DNA from: an uncultured delta proteobacterium
GTDB lineage: Bacteria; Desulfobacterota; Binatia; DP-6
Assembly: GCA_963815115.1 (NCBI GenBank)
Contig: CAWFFN010000012.1
Span: 543,260-607,259 of the forward strand
Reading direction: 5' to 3'
DNA length: 64,000 nt
Positions 36,741 through 47,275 of this stretch are shown here, one piece after another. Within the stretch, counting starts at the first letter, position 1. Each line of letters starts with the position of its first letter. The position numbers were made by a program, and so were the translations under genes. The notes under the pieces were generated by a model. It ran no database searches and was not told the DNA's origin. It saw only the letters and a program-made list of their open reading frames with translations.

Positions 36741-37706
36741 TCAGACCAGCAGCTGCAGGAACCCCTGCTTCCGCAACGCCTCGACGAACGACTGATCGTA
36801 GGCCGTCTCCGGCGATTCACGGACCTGGTGGTCGATCGCGCGAGCGTCGTCGCCGACGAGGATGCGCCAGGCGTCGTTGCGGACGCCGTCGAGGATGATG
36901 GTCGCCGCCTGATCCGCGCTCAGCGGCGCGTTGTCGCGGAAGCCGAGCGCGAGCTGGTGCACCAGCGATCGGATCTGATCGTCGTCCAGGTCGGCGGCGG
37001 GGAAGCCGCGCTTGAGCATCTGCTCCCGCACCCGGGCGACGTCCTGCGCCGACATCTCCAGCGCCGGTTTCCCGAGCTGCTTCATGGTGTTGATCACGAT
37101 CGACGTGCCGACGTGTCCCGGCATCACGACCGCGGCCTTGACGTGCGGCGCCTCGAGACGCAGCTCGACGAGCAGCGCTTCCGTGAATCCCTTCACCGCG
37201 AACTTGGCGGTGCTGTAGGCGGAATGCGCGGTGCCGGGTCCGAGGCAGGCCCAGAAGCCGTTCACGCTGCTCGTGTTGACGATGTAGCCGTCGTCACTCG
37301 CCACCAGTAGGGGCAGAAAGGCGCGCGAGCAGTAGTAGACGCCGAACCAGCAGACCCCGAACGTCCGCTCCCACTCGGCGCGGTCGTCCAGCAGGAAGCT
37401 TGCGCCGCCCCCGATGCCGGCGTTGTTGAACAGCAGGTTGATGTGATCGGTCTCGTGGGTCGCCTTCACGGCATCACGAAAGGCCGTCACCTGGCGTTCG
37501 TCGGAGACGTCGCAGGCATGGGTGCTGACGCGCACGCCCGAGGGTGCCCGCGCCTCGCATAGCCGTCGGGTCTCCTCCATGTTCTCGGTCGAGACGTCGC
37601 ACATCGCGACGTGACAGCCCTCGGCCGCCAGCTGCTCGGCCAGGGAACGCCCCATGCCCGTTCCGCCGCCGGTGATGACGGCGATCCTGCCTCGAAAGTC
37701 CTTCAT
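36741..37706 (-). CDS. SDR-family oxidoreductase
   Basis: IAVITGGGTGMGRSLA, NNAG and the YSTAKFAV YxxxK motif. Confidence 0.8.
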   Translation of the reverse strand: MKDFRGRIAVITGGGTGMGRSLAEQLAAEGCHVAMCDVSTENMEETRRLCEARAPSGVRVSTHACDVSDERQVTAFRDAVKATHETDHINLLFNNAGIGGGASFLLDDRAEWERTFGVCWFGVYYCSRAFLPLLVASDDGYIVNTSSVNGFWACLGPGTAHSAYSTAKFAVKGFTEALLVELRLEAPHVKAAVVMPGHVGTSIVINTMKQLGKPALEMSAQDVARVREQMLKRGFPAADLDDDQIRSLVHQLALGFRDNAPLSADQAATIILDGVRNDAWRILVGDDARAIDHQVRESPETAYDQSFVEALRKQGFLQLLV

Positions 37707-37804
37707 CCGTACACGTCCCTTCGCCGCCCGGGATCCCGGCGAGGGTGACCTGGCGCGCGCGCCGGCCTCGCCGCGCCGGTCGTTCTCGAGAGTCGCTGCA
37801 GCGC

Positions 37805-38275
37805 CTACGATTTCGGCGGGATGCGGAGGACCTGACCCGGGTAGATCTTGTTCGGGTCCTTCAGCATCGGCTTGTTGGCCTCGAAGATCGCCTGGTACTT
37901 GTTGCCGTCGCCGTACTGCGCCTTGGCGATCGCCGACAGCGTATCGCCCTTCTGGACCGTGTAGAGGTTCGCCGCGGTCGCCGCCGCCGCGCCCTCGACG
38001 ACGAGCTTGTCGTCGACCTTCCCGACGCCGGGCGTGTTGCCGACGGCAAGGACGATCTTCTCCTTGTCGCTGCTCGATCCCACGGTCCCGCCCACCGTCG
38101 CCACCGGATCGGCGAAGTCGACCTTCAGGTCCTTCACCGGGATGCCGAGGATGTCGACCTGCTGCTTCAGGATGTCCGTGGTGACCGGCTTCGCGTGCGT
38201 CGCCGCGATGGCGTTGCCCGCGCCAGCGCCGAACAGATAGGCGCCGGCTTCCTTGATGAAGCTGATGAGGCCCAT
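37805..38275 (-). CDS. BON- and LysM-domain protein (Kbp/YgaU-like)
   Basis: C-terminal YTVQKGDTLSAIAKAQYGDGNKYQAIFEANKPMLKDPNKIYPGQVLRIP is a LysM domain. A BON domain precedes it. Confidence 0.8.
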   Translation of the reverse strand: MGLISFIKEAGAYLFGAGAGNAIAATHAKPVTTDILKQQVDILGIPVKDLKVDFADPVATVGGTVGSSSDKEKIVLAVGNTPGVGKVDDKLVVEGAAAATAANLYTVQKGDTLSAIAKAQYGDGNKYQAIFEANKPMLKDPNKIYPGQVLRIPPKS

Positions 38276-38382
38276 GTGTAGTCCTCCCTTCGGCGACGAG
38301 GCTACGTCAGCGCGTGCTCTCTGCCTAGCCGGGTCTGCGGGACGCTCGAACCGCGGCGCGACGCCCCCCGTTGACGGGATGC

Positions 38383-39357
38383 ATGGAACATGCGAACGGC
38401 GACGGCGTGCACGGCGCGAGCATCTTCGCCCCCGCCGGCGCTCCGGCTGACGCGATCCGGACGCTATCGCTCCTCGTGTTGGCGATCACCGGCGTCATCT
38501 TCGTGATCGTCGGGGGGTTGCTCGTCTACTGCCTCGTTCGCTACCGACGCCGCCCGGGCGACGACGGACGCGAGCCGCCGCAGGTCTACGGCAGCAATCC
38601 GGTGGAGCTGGCGTGGACCGTCGTCCCGATCCTCATCGTCTTCGTCCTGATCACCACGGCGACGCGCACCACCTTCGAGATCCAGGCCGCCCCGCCGCCC
38701 GCGGATGCCATCCAGGTGCGCGTCGTCGGCCACCAGTGGTGGTGGGAGTTCCAGTATCCTGCGCTCGGGGTGATGACGGCGAACGAGCTGCACATCCCGG
38801 TGAGCGACCCGGCGCGGCCGACCCCGACGTACCTCACCCTCGAGTCGGCCGACGTCGCCCACAGCTTCTGGATCCCCCAGCTTTCCGGCAAGACCGACCT
38901 CATCCCGAATCGCCGTAACGTCATGTGGATGGCGCCCGCGAAGCCCGGTACCTACCTCGGGCAGTGCGCCGAGTTCTGCGGCACCCAGCACGCCAAGATG
39001 CTGCTGCGCGTGGTGGTGCATCCGGCCGACGAGTTCGCTCGCTGGGTACAGGCGCAGAGCCGGCCCGCGGCGAAGCTGCCCCAGGCCGAGGCGGGACGGC
39101 GGCTCTTCGAGACCACGGCCTGCGTCAGCTGCCACACGGTGCGCGGCACCAGTGCCGACGGCCGCTTCGGACCCGACCTGACGCATCTCATGAGCCGCGA
39201 CACGCTCGGTGCGGGCGCGGCGCAGAACGACTCGACCACCCTGCGCGCGTGGGTGGAGGATCCGAGCCGGTTCAAGCCGGGGGTGCTCATGCCGGCGATG
39301 CAGCTCACGCAGCCCGAGCTCGACCAGGTGGTCTCCTACCTGGCCTCGTTGCGCTGA
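38383..39357 (+). CDS. coxB: cytochrome c oxidase subunit II with a fused C-terminal cytochrome c domain (caa3-type)
   Basis: Two N-terminal TM helices, the CuA site (HSFWIP...CAEFCGTQHAKM) and a C-terminal CVSCH haem c motif. ATG at 38383; the ORF track uses TTG at 38371. Confidence 0.85.
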   Translation: MEHANGDGVHGASIFAPAGAPADAIRTLSLLVLAITGVIFVIVGGLLVYCLVRYRRRPGDDGREPPQVYGSNPVELAWTVVPILIVFVLITTATRTTFEIQAAPPPADAIQVRVVGHQWWWEFQYPALGVMTANELHIPVSDPARPTPTYLTLESADVAHSFWIPQLSGKTDLIPNRRNVMWMAPAKPGTYLGQCAEFCGTQHAKMLLRVVVHPADEFARWVQAQSRPAAKLPQAEAGRRLFETTACVSCHTVRGTSADGRFGPDLTHLMSRDTLGAGAAQNDSTTLRAWVEDPSRFKPGVLMPAMQLTQPELDQVVSYLASLR

Positions 39358-39359
39358 CG

Positions 39360-41039
39360 ATGGGCGTCCTCGATCGAGCCGTTCCCGCTGCCGAGCCGGT
39401 CGTCGAGGGGCCGTCGCTCGCCACCCGTCTGCACGGCTGGGTGGTCACGGTCGACCACAAGCGGCTCGGGATCATGTACATCCTCAGCGGCGTCCTCTTC
39501 CTGCTCGTCGCCGGCACGATGGCGACGGTCATCCGGCTGCAGCTCGTGATCCCCAACGCCCAGCTCGTGCCTCCCCAGGTGTTCAACCGCCTGATGACCA
39601 TGCACGGCACGACGATGATCTTCTTCGTCGCCGTCCCGATCCTGTTCGGCTTCGGGAACTACCTGTTCCCGCTCATGCTCGGCGCGCGCGACGTGGCCTT
39701 CCCGCGGCTCAACGCCTTCGGCTTCTGGCTCTTCCTGTTCGGCGGGCTCCTGCTCTACTTCAGCTACGTCGCCGGCGACGGCCTCTATGGCGCGGGCTCG
39801 GCGCCCGACGTCGGCTGGTTCGCCTACGCGCCCCTCACCGAGCGGCCCTTCTCCCGCGGCAGCAGCACCGACTACTGGATCCTGGGCATCGCGCTCGCCG
39901 GGATCGGGACGACCGCGACCGCCGTCAACCTCCTCGCGACGACGGCGTCGATGCGCTGCCGGGGCATGACGCTCGGGCGCATGCCGCTCTTCGTCTGGCT
40001 GGTGCTCGTGGCCGCGGCGATGCTGCTCATCGCCCTGCCTCCGCTCACGGCGGCGCAGGTCATGCTGCTCCTCGACCGCTTCCTGGGCGCGCACTTCTTC
40101 GACACCCAGGCCGGAGGCTCGGCGGTACTCTGGCAGCACTTCTTCTGGCTCTTCGGGCATCCCGAGGTCTACATCCTCGTCCTGCCAGCGTTCGGCATCG
40201 CGTCGGAGATCATTCCGGTGTTCTCACGAAAACCGATCTTCGGTTACCCGATCATGGTTGCCGCGTCGGTTGCGATCGGCACCATCAGCATCTCGGTGTG
40301 GGCCCACCACATGTTCGCCGTCGGCATGGGTCCCGCGGCCAACAGCTTCTTCATCACCTCGACGCTGCTGGTGGCCGTGCCGACGGGCATCAAGCTCTTC
40401 AACTGGCTCGCCACCATGTGGGGCGGGAAGATCCGCTTCGCCACCCCGATGCTCTTCTGCGTCGCCTTCCTCTTCCAGTTCCTCTGTGCCGGTCTCACCG
40501 GCGTCATGCTCGGCGTGGCGCCGTTCGACTGGCAGCTGACGGACTCGTACTTCGTGGTCGCGCACTTCCACTACGTCGTCGTCGGGGCGATCCTCTTCAA
40601 CATCTTCGCCGCCGTCTACTACTGGTTCCCCAAGATCACCGGGCGCCTGATGAGCGAGCGCCTCGGCCGCTGGCATTTCTGGCTGATGGTGGTGGGCTTC
40701 AACCTCACGTTCGGTCCGCTGCACATCGCGGGCATCCTCGGCATGCCCCGGCGCATCTATACCTATGACGCCGGACGGGGCTGGGAGATCTGGAACCAGC
40801 TGGCGTCGCTCGGGGCCCTCATCCAGGCGGCCGCGGTGCTCGTGTTCGCCTGGAACGCGATCGTCTCGCTGCGGCGAGGAGCGATCGCCGGCAACGATCC
40901 GTGGGACGCCTGGACGCTCGAATGGAGCACGACGTCGCCGCCACCGGAGTACAACTTCGCTTCCCTCCCGGAGGTGCGTAGCCGCCGTCCGCTCTGGGAT
41001 CTGAAGCACCCCGACGATCCGGACTGGCCATATGAGTGA
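39360..41039 (+). CDS. coxA: cytochrome c oxidase subunit I
   Basis: 559 aa. WFFGHPEVY-type motifs (LWQHFFWLFGHPEVYILVLPAFG, VWAHHMF, FHYV). Starts 3 nt after the coxB stop. Confidence 0.9.
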   Translation: MGVLDRAVPAAEPVVEGPSLATRLHGWVVTVDHKRLGIMYILSGVLFLLVAGTMATVIRLQLVIPNAQLVPPQVFNRLMTMHGTTMIFFVAVPILFGFGNYLFPLMLGARDVAFPRLNAFGFWLFLFGGLLLYFSYVAGDGLYGAGSAPDVGWFAYAPLTERPFSRGSSTDYWILGIALAGIGTTATAVNLLATTASMRCRGMTLGRMPLFVWLVLVAAAMLLIALPPLTAAQVMLLLDRFLGAHFFDTQAGGSAVLWQHFFWLFGHPEVYILVLPAFGIASEIIPVFSRKPIFGYPIMVAASVAIGTISISVWAHHMFAVGMGPAANSFFITSTLLVAVPTGIKLFNWLATMWGGKIRFATPMLFCVAFLFQFLCAGLTGVMLGVAPFDWQLTDSYFVVAHFHYVVVGAILFNIFAAVYYWFPKITGRLMSERLGRWHFWLMVVGFNLTFGPLHIAGILGMPRRIYTYDAGRGWEIWNQLASLGALIQAAAVLVFAWNAIVSLRRGAIAGNDPWDAWTLEWSTTSPPPEYNFASLPEVRSRRPLWDLKHPDDPDWPYE

Positions 41040-41607
41040 GGAATCGGACGGCTGGACGCTGCCGTCCCGCGGGCGTGCCGGGATGGTCGGGCTCATCATC
41101 ACGGAGGCGGCGTTCTTCGCGATCTTCGTCGTCGCGTACCTGTTCTACGTCGGGAAGAGCGTGAGCGGTCCCACGCCCGCCGCCGTGCTCCACACGCCCG
41201 TCCTGGCGTCGATCCTGCTGCTCTCGAGCAGCTGGACCATCGTGCTCGCCATGCGCGCCCTGCGCGCCGGCGCCACCGGCCGCTTCGCACGCTGGTGGTC
41301 TGCCACCCTCCTGCTCGGCGTGGGCTTTCTCGCGCTGACGGCGCGCGAATGGGCGCGCCTCATCGGCCACGACGGCCTCACCATCGCGACCAACCTCTTC
41401 GGCACCACCTTCTACACCCTGGTGGGCCTTCACGCGCTGCACGTCACCCTGGGCCTGACGCTCATCGCGCTCGTGCTGGCGCTCACGCTGCGCGGGCACG
41501 TCGACGCGCGGCACGCGGAGCGGACCGAGATGCTGTCCTGGTACTGGCACTTCGTCGACGGGGTGTGGGTGATCGTGTTCCTCACGGTCTACGTGGTGGG
41601 GCGGTAG
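41032..41607 (+). CDS. coxC: cytochrome c oxidase subunit III (short form)
   Basis: 191 aa, 5 TM helices, C-terminal HFVDGVWVIVFLTVY motif. Overlaps coxA by 8 nt. Confidence 0.8.
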   Translation: MSEESDGWTLPSRGRAGMVGLIITEAAFFAIFVVAYLFYVGKSVSGPTPAAVLHTPVLASILLLSSSWTIVLAMRALRAGATGRFARWWSATLLLGVGFLALTAREWARLIGHDGLTIATNLFGTTFYTLVGLHALHVTLGLTLIALVLALTLRGHVDARHAERTEMLSWYWHFVDGVWVIVFLTVYVVGR

Positions 41608-41613
41608 GCGGCC

Positions 41614-42426
41614 ATGGCACCGGCCAGCCGCATCGAGGTCCCGGCGCCCACCGCGTGGCCGATGATCGCCGCATTCGGCATCACGCTCGTCTGCGCGGGT
41701 CTGGTGACCGATGCGCTCGTGTCCGTCGTCGGGGTCGTCGCCATGCTGGCCGGCGCGGTCGGCTGGTTCCGCGCCGTCCTGCCGGTGGAGGACTGCGAGT
41801 CGGTGGCGGTCGAGCCCGAGGTCCCGGTCGCGATCGCGCGCAGCGAGGTGACCCATCTCGAGATCGGCGAGGCGGGGCACCGCGCGCGCCTCCCGATCGA
41901 GATCTACCCCTACTCGGCGGGCGTGAAGGGCGGGATCGTCGGCGGCATCGCCATGGCGTTCCTCGCCATGCTCTACGGTGTGCTCTTCCATGGCAGCGTC
42001 TGGTACCCGATCAACCTGCTGGCGGCGGGCACGATGGCCTCGCTCGCGAGCGCCGACACGGCGGAGCTCATGCGATTCAATGCCGGCGCGCTCGTGGTCG
42101 CGGCGGTGATCCACGGCCTGGGGTCGCTGCTGGTCGGGCTGCTCTACGGCGTGCTGCTGCCGATGTTGCCGAGACGTCCGATTCTCTTCGGCGGAATCGT
42201 CGTGCCGGCGCTCTGGACGGGGCTGATCTGGGCGTCCCTCCGCATCGTGAACCCGACCCTCAACGCGCGCATCGACTGGCCGTGGTTCGTGGCCTCGCAG
42301 ATCGCCTTCGGCATCGCCGCCGGGATGGTGGTCGCGCGCTCGGAGAAGATGGCCACCCTCCAGTCTGCCCCGTTCGCGGTGCGCGCGGGGATGGAGTTCC
42401 CGCGCGAGCGGGGCGGGGCATCGTGA
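41614..42426 (+). CDS. unknown polytopic membrane protein embedded in the cox/bc cluster
   Basis: 270 aa, about 6 TM helices, no recognisable motif. GTGA overlap with the next gene. Confidence 0.5.
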   Translation: MAPASRIEVPAPTAWPMIAAFGITLVCAGLVTDALVSVVGVVAMLAGAVGWFRAVLPVEDCESVAVEPEVPVAIARSEVTHLEIGEAGHRARLPIEIYPYSAGVKGGIVGGIAMAFLAMLYGVLFHGSVWYPINLLAAGTMASLASADTAELMRFNAGALVVAAVIHGLGSLLVGLLYGVLLPMLPRRPILFGGIVVPALWTGLIWASLRIVNPTLNARIDWPWFVASQIAFGIAAGMVVARSEKMATLQSAPFAVRAGMEFPRERGGAS

Positions 42427-43097
42427 GACCTGCCGCCGCCGTGCTGCTCGCGGCCGCACTCCTGGCGGCGTGCGACCGGTTGCCCGGCCGGCCGCGCGAG
42501 GCGGACCGGCCTCTGCGCCCGCACGACGTGACCAGCTTCGCGGAGCTCTACGGAGCGAACTGCGCCGGCTGCCACGGATCGAACGGCACGCTCGGCGCGG
42601 CCGCTGCCCTCGCCAACCCCACGTACCTCGCCTGGGTGGACGACGCGACGGTGCGGCGCGTGATCACCGAGGGCATCCCGGGCACGTCCCAGCCCGCCTT
42701 CGCCATCAGCGCGGGGGGATCGCTCACCGACGCCCAGGTCGACGTCCTGGTGCGCGGCATGCGGACGCAGTGGCCGGCGCCGCCGCCGGCCGGCACGTTG
42801 CCGCCGTACGCGGCCGACGGCGGAGGTGACGTCGCGCGCGGCGGAGCGCTGTACGCGCAGCGCTGTGCACTCTGCCACGACCCGGGTGGCAAGGGGTCGC
42901 CGAAGGGTGGCTCCGTGGTCGATCCGGACTACCTCGCGCTGGTGAGCGACCAGGCGCTCCGCACCGCCGTGGTGGCGGGCCGACCCGACCTCGGCATGCC
43001 GGACTGGCGTGGCGCGCCCCCGTGGCCGGCGCTCGCGCCGCAGCAGGTCTCGGACCTGGTCGCATGGATGGCGTCGCATCGGAAGGGAGGAGCATGA
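42423..43097 (+). CDS. dihaem cytochrome c lipoprotein
   Basis: GTG start. Lipobox LLAAC, then two CxxCH motifs (CAGCHG, CALCHD). Confidence 0.75.
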   Translation: MRPAAAVLLAAALLAACDRLPGRPREADRPLRPHDVTSFAELYGANCAGCHGSNGTLGAAAALANPTYLAWVDDATVRRVITEGIPGTSQPAFAISAGGSLTDAQVDVLVRGMRTQWPAPPPAGTLPPYAADGGGDVARGGALYAQRCALCHDPGGKGSPKGGSVVDPDYLALVSDQALRTAVVAGRPDLGMPDWRGAPPWPALAPQQVSDLVAWMASHRKGGA

Positions 43098-43594
43098 GCG
43101 AGGAGGGAGTCAGCCGGCGCGGCGTCCTGCTCACCCTGGGGATCGCCCTCAACGCCGTCGCGGCGGCGCTGCTCGCCGTGCCGCTGCTGGGGTTCATCCT
43201 GTCACCGGCACGACGCTGGTCATGGCAGCGGTGGGTGCCGCTCGGGCCCGTGTCCGACTTTCCGGAGAACCAGACACGGCTCGCCACCTATCGAAACCCG
43301 TTCTCGCGTCCCTGGGACGGCGAGACGGCGAACATCCCGTGCTGGGTGCGGCACGTGTCGGGTGACGAGTTCCTGGTCTTCGCCATCAACTGTACCCATC
43401 TCGGCTGCCCGGTGCGCTGGTTCGAGGGCGCCGGTCTGTTCATGTGCCCGTGTCACGGCGGGGTCTACTACTCCGACGGCGAACGGGCGTCGGGGCCGCC
43501 GCCGCGCGCGCTCTACCGCTACGAGCACAAGCTCGAGAGCGGACAGCTCTGGGTGCTCGGCGGGCAGCTGCCCACGCTGTCGGAGCACGTCTGA
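43094..43594 (+). CDS. Rieske [2Fe-2S] iron-sulfur protein
   Basis: Tat motif SRRGVLL. CTHLGC...CPCHG Rieske boxes. ATGA overlap with the preceding stop. Confidence 0.85.
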   Translation: MSEEGVSRRGVLLTLGIALNAVAAALLAVPLLGFILSPARRWSWQRWVPLGPVSDFPENQTRLATYRNPFSRPWDGETANIPCWVRHVSGDEFLVFAINCTHLGCPVRWFEGAGLFMCPCHGGVYYSDGERASGPPPRALYRYEHKLESGQLWVLGGQLPTLSEHV

Positions 43595-43595
43595 C

Positions 43596-45053
43596 ATGGA
43601 GCCGCTGCGCGCGTTCGCCGACTGGATCGACCAGCGCCTGGGCCTCGGCGAGCCGCTCGCCGAGGTCGCCGGGCACCGTGTCCCGCGCGACACGGCGAGC
43701 TGGTGGTACGTCTTCGGCAGCGGGACGCTCGTCCTCTTCATCATCCAGGTCGTGACCGGCATCTGTCTCGCCACGGTCTACGTTCCCTCGGCCGCCGGCG
43801 CCTGGCAGAGCCTCGAGGTGCTCAACTACGAGCAGCCGCTCGGCTGGTATCTCCGCGCCGTGCACGGCTGGGGCTCGAACTTCATGGTCGCGATGATGAG
43901 CGTCCACGTCGCCCAGGTCTTTCTCTTCGGCGCCTACAAGTATCCGCGCGAGCTCACCTGGATCGCCGGGGTGTTCCTGCTGCTGTGCACGCTCGGCATG
44001 GCGTTCACGGGGCAGGTCCTGCGCTTCGATCAGGACGCCTACTGGGGCCTCGGCATCGGGGCGGCGATCGCGGGGCGGATGCCGCTGCTCGGGCGCGAGG
44101 TCGTCCACCTGCTGCTCGGCGGCCCGATCATCGCGGGCGAGACCCTGTCGCGCTTCTTCACCATGCACGTCTTCGTGGTGCCCGGGCTCCTGATCGCCTT
44201 CGTCCTGGTGCACCTCCTGCTCGTGCTCCGTCTCGGCGTCAACGAGTGGCCCATGCCGGGCCGGGTGGTGAGCCGCGCGACCTACCGCCGCGACTACGAG
44301 GAGCTGGTCAAGCGCGACGGGGTGGCGTTCTTCCCGCACGCAGCGAAGCGCGACATCGTCTTCGCGGGAATCCTGATCTGCGCTGTGCTCGCATGCGCCG
44401 CGATCTTCGGGCCCTTCGGGCCGAACGGCCAGCCCGATCCCACCATCATCCAGACCACGCCGCGCCCGGACTTCTACTTCCTCTCGCTGTTCTCGGTCTT
44501 CGCGCTCCTGCCGCCGTGGACCGAGACCGTCCTCATCCTCACCGCGCCGGTGCTCGGGATCATCGCGCTCTTCGCGCTGCCGTTCATCTCCGGCACCGGC
44601 GAGAAGAGCTGGCTCCGCCGCCCCGTGTCGGTCCTGGGCATCGTGCTCGTCTTCCTGACCCTGGCGACGCTCACCTGGCTCGGGCTCTCCTCGCCGTGGT
44701 CGCCGCACATGGAGGCGTGGAGCGAGGCGCCGACGCCGGTCGAGTACGTGCGCGGCCGCTCGCCGCTCGAGCTGCAGGGTGCGCTCCTGGTGCAGAGCAA
44801 GCAGTGCCGGAACTGCCACGCGCTCGGCGGCGAAGGCGGCCTGCGCGGGCCCGCGCTGGACGACGTCGCCACGCGGCTCACGCGCGACCAGCTGGTGCGT
44901 CAGATCATCCAGGGCGGTGGCAACATGCCGGCGTACGGCAAGAACCTGAGTCCGGCCGAGGTCACGGCGATCGTCGCCTTCCTGCGCACCATGCACCCGC
45001 CGGAGCAGGCGCCGGCGCAAGACGCCTCGCAGCTGCTGCGCTCCGCCCGCTGA
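43596..45053 (+). CDS. cytochrome b with a fused C-terminal monohaem cytochrome c domain
   Basis: 485 aa, about 8 TM helices with the His ligands of the b-type fold ([20 protein letters not shown]), and a C-terminal CRNCH. Confidence 0.85.
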   Translation: MEPLRAFADWIDQRLGLGEPLAEVAGHRVPRDTASWWYVFGSGTLVLFIIQVVTGICLATVYVPSAAGAWQSLEVLNYEQPLGWYLRAVHGWGSNFMVAMMSVHVAQVFLFGAYKYPRELTWIAGVFLLLCTLGMAFTGQVLRFDQDAYWGLGIGAAIAGRMPLLGREVVHLLLGGPIIAGETLSRFFTMHVFVVPGLLIAFVLVHLLLVLRLGVNEWPMPGRVVSRATYRRDYEELVKRDGVAFFPHAAKRDIVFAGILICAVLACAAIFGPFGPNGQPDPTIIQTTPRPDFYFLSLFSVFALLPPWTETVLILTAPVLGIIALFALPFISGTGEKSWLRRPVSVLGIVLVFLTLATLTWLGLSSPWSPHMEAWSEAPTPVEYVRGRSPLELQGALLVQSKQCRNCHALGGEGGLRGPALDDVATRLTRDQLVRQIIQGGGNMPAYGKNLSPAEVTAIVAFLRTMHPPEQAPAQDASQLLRSAR

Positions 45054-45061
45054 CGTTGGTC

Positions 45062-47239
45062 GTGGGTTCCGTGGCGCAGGCGGTTCTCGCGTCGTGGTCG
45101 CTCGCTCCCGGGCTCGCCGCCGTCCTGCTCGTGCTCGCCACGCTCTATGTCCGCGGCTGGGGCGTGTTGCGCCGCCAGATGCCCGAGCGCTTCCCGGCCT
45201 GGCGGCTCGGCTGCTTCCTCGTCGGGCTCGCGACCCTCTACGTGGCCGTGGCCTCGCCGATCGACGCCTTCGCCGGCCTGCTGCTCCAGGTGCACATGCT
45301 CCAGCACCTGCTGCTCATGATGGTCGCGCCCCCGCTGGTCCTCCTCGGGGCGCCGGGAGTGCCGCTGCTGCGCGGGCTGCCGCCCCGCCTGGCGAAGGAC
45401 GCGCTCGGGCCGTTTCTCGCCTGGCCAGCGCTGCGCCGCGTGGCGGCGGCGCTCACCCATCCCGTGGTGTGCTGGTGCGGGCTCGTCGCGGCCACCTGGC
45501 TGTGGCACCTGCCCGCCCTCTACCAGCTCGCGCTCCGCAGCCCCGCCTGGCACGCCGTCGAGCACGCGACCTTCCTGTCGACGGGCCTGCTCTTCTGGTG
45601 GCCGGTGGTGCAGCCGTGGCCGAGCCGCGCTCGCTGGCCGCGCTGGACCATCCCCCTCTACCTCCTCCTCGCCGACGTGCAGAACACGATCTTCTCCGCC
45701 CTGCTCGCGTTCTCCGAGCGCCTCTTCTACCCCGTGTACGCGGGCGTCCCCCGGCTCGGCGGTCTCTCCGCGCTCGACGATCAGGTGGCGGCTGGCGCGC
45801 TCATGTGGGTGCCGGGGTCGATCGTCTTCCTGGTGCCGACCGCGCTGATCACGGCGCGCCTGCTGTCGCCGCAGCCGCCCCCGCTGCCCGCGGCGGCTCG
45901 CCGGAGCGTTCACGTGCAGCGATCGCCCCGCGACGTGCTCCGCATCCCCGTGATCGGACCTGCGCTGCGCCAGCCGCTCGCGCGGCGCGCGGCGCAGGCG
46001 GTGATGCTGCTCCTCGCCGCCGCGGTGGTCGCCGACGGACTGCTCGGACCCGCGATGAGCCCGATGAACCTCGCCGGCGTGCTGCCGTGGACGGGCTGGC
46101 GTGCGCTCACCGTGCTGGCGCTCCTCGTCGCCGGCAACGTCTTCTGCTTCGCCTGTCCCTTCATGCTGCCGCGGGAGCTGGCCCGCCGCATCGCCGCGCC
46201 CGCTCGCCGGCTTCCCCGCCTGCTGCGGACCAAGTGGCTGGCGATCGGACTGCTGATCGCCGGCTTCTGGGTGACGGAGACCTGCGCGCTGTGGGATGGA
46301 CCGCGCGCCACCGCCTGGCTGATCGTCGGGTACTTCGCCGCTGCGACGATCGTCGATTCCACCTGGCGGGGCGCGAGCTTCTGCAAGTACGTCTGCCCGA
46401 TCGGACAGTTCCACTTCGTCAGCTCCCTCGTCTCGCCGCTCCAGGTCCGCGCCCGGGCGCCGGCGGCGTGCGCGTCCTGTACGACCCACGACTGCCTGCG
46501 CGGCAATCCTGCTCGGCGGGGCTGCGAGCTCGACCTCTTCATGCCGCGCAAGGTCGGCAACCTCGACTGCACGTTCTGCCTCGACTGCGTGCATGCCTGC
46601 CCGCACGACAACGTCGGCCTCTTCGTCGCCGCTCCGGGAAGCGATCTCGTGCACGATGCCCGGCGCTCGTCGATCGGGCGGCTCTCGCAACGGCTGGACG
46701 TGGTGGCACTCGCCGTCCTGCTCGTGGTGGCCGCCTTCGTCATGGCGGGCGTGATGGTCGTGCCGGTCTCCGCGCCGTGGCTGCTCGCCTTGCTGGCGGC
46801 TGCGCCGATCGCGGTGGGGGCGCTCGTCCTGGTCGCGCCGCCTCGCCGCGCGCGGGTGAGCCGCTTCGCACTCGCGCTCGTGCCGCTCGGGGTGTCGATG
46901 TGGGCGGCGCACTTCCTCTTCCACCTGCTCACCGGCTGGCACGCCTTCGCCCCCGTCCTGCGGCGCCCGCTGGCCGACCTGGGACTTCTCGATCCGCCGA
47001 GCTGGACGGCCGCGGCGGGCGCGGTCGCGCCCGGCGGCGTGCTCGGGCTCGAGCTGTTGCTGCTCGACCTCGGGCTTCTCCTGACGCTGTGGGTGGTCTG
47101 GCGCGTGGCCCGCGATCGCGGCCCGGGCCCGCTCGCACCGCTCATCCCCTGGGCGAGCGCCGCGACGGCGCTGTGGGCGGCCGGCGTGTGGATCGTCTGC
47201 CAGCCGATGGCGATGCGGGGGATGATGTCGCATCCGTGA
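45062..47239 (+). CDS. single ORF fusing a CtaG/CopD-like caa3 assembly-type membrane domain to a NapH/CcoG-like polyferredoxin membrane domain
   Basis: N-terminal half: [19 protein letters not shown] ... HAVEHATF (CtaG_Cox15/CopD-like). C-terminal half: [30 protein letters not shown] (CxxCxxCxxxCP ferredoxin motifs). No stop between the halves. The start is uncertain (TTG 45056, GTG 45062 or GTG 45071). Confidence 0.55.
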   Translation: MGSVAQAVLASWSLAPGLAAVLLVLATLYVRGWGVLRRQMPERFPAWRLGCFLVGLATLYVAVASPIDAFAGLLLQVHMLQHLLLMMVAPPLVLLGAPGVPLLRGLPPRLAKDALGPFLAWPALRRVAAALTHPVVCWCGLVAATWLWHLPALYQLALRSPAWHAVEHATFLSTGLLFWWPVVQPWPSRARWPRWTIPLYLLLADVQNTIFSALLAFSERLFYPVYAGVPRLGGLSALDDQVAAGALMWVPGSIVFLVPTALITARLLSPQPPPLPAAARRSVHVQRSPRDVLRIPVIGPALRQPLARRAAQAVMLLLAAAVVADGLLGPAMSPMNLAGVLPWTGWRALTVLALLVAGNVFCFACPFMLPRELARRIAAPARRLPRLLRTKWLAIGLLIAGFWVTETCALWDGPRATAWLIVGYFAAATIVDSTWRGASFCKYVCPIGQFHFVSSLVSPLQVRARAPAACASCTTHDCLRGNPARRGCELDLFMPRKVGNLDCTFCLDCVHACPHDNVGLFVAAPGSDLVHDARRSSIGRLSQRLDVVALAVLLVVAAFVMAGVMVVPVSAPWLLALLAAAPIAVGALVLVAPPRRARVSRFALALVPLGVSMWAAHFLFHLLTGWHAFAPVLRRPLADLGLLDPPSWTAAAGAVAPGGVLGLELLLLDLGLLLTLWVVWRVARDRGPGPLAPLIPWASAATALWAAGVWIVCQPMAMRGMMSHP

Positions 47240-47275
47240 GCCCGCGCGCGCTTGCCGGACCGCATCCGACGTGCC

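Noticed and set aside
43703-45053. N-terminal 450 aa of the 1178-aa ORF 43703..47239, and the ORFs 44900..47905(-) and 45094..48978(+)
   Set aside because: They overlap cytochrome b, CtaG and the mutarotase in wrong frames with low-complexity translation. Only the 45062-47239 portion (and msrA for the 45094 ORF tail) is supported.
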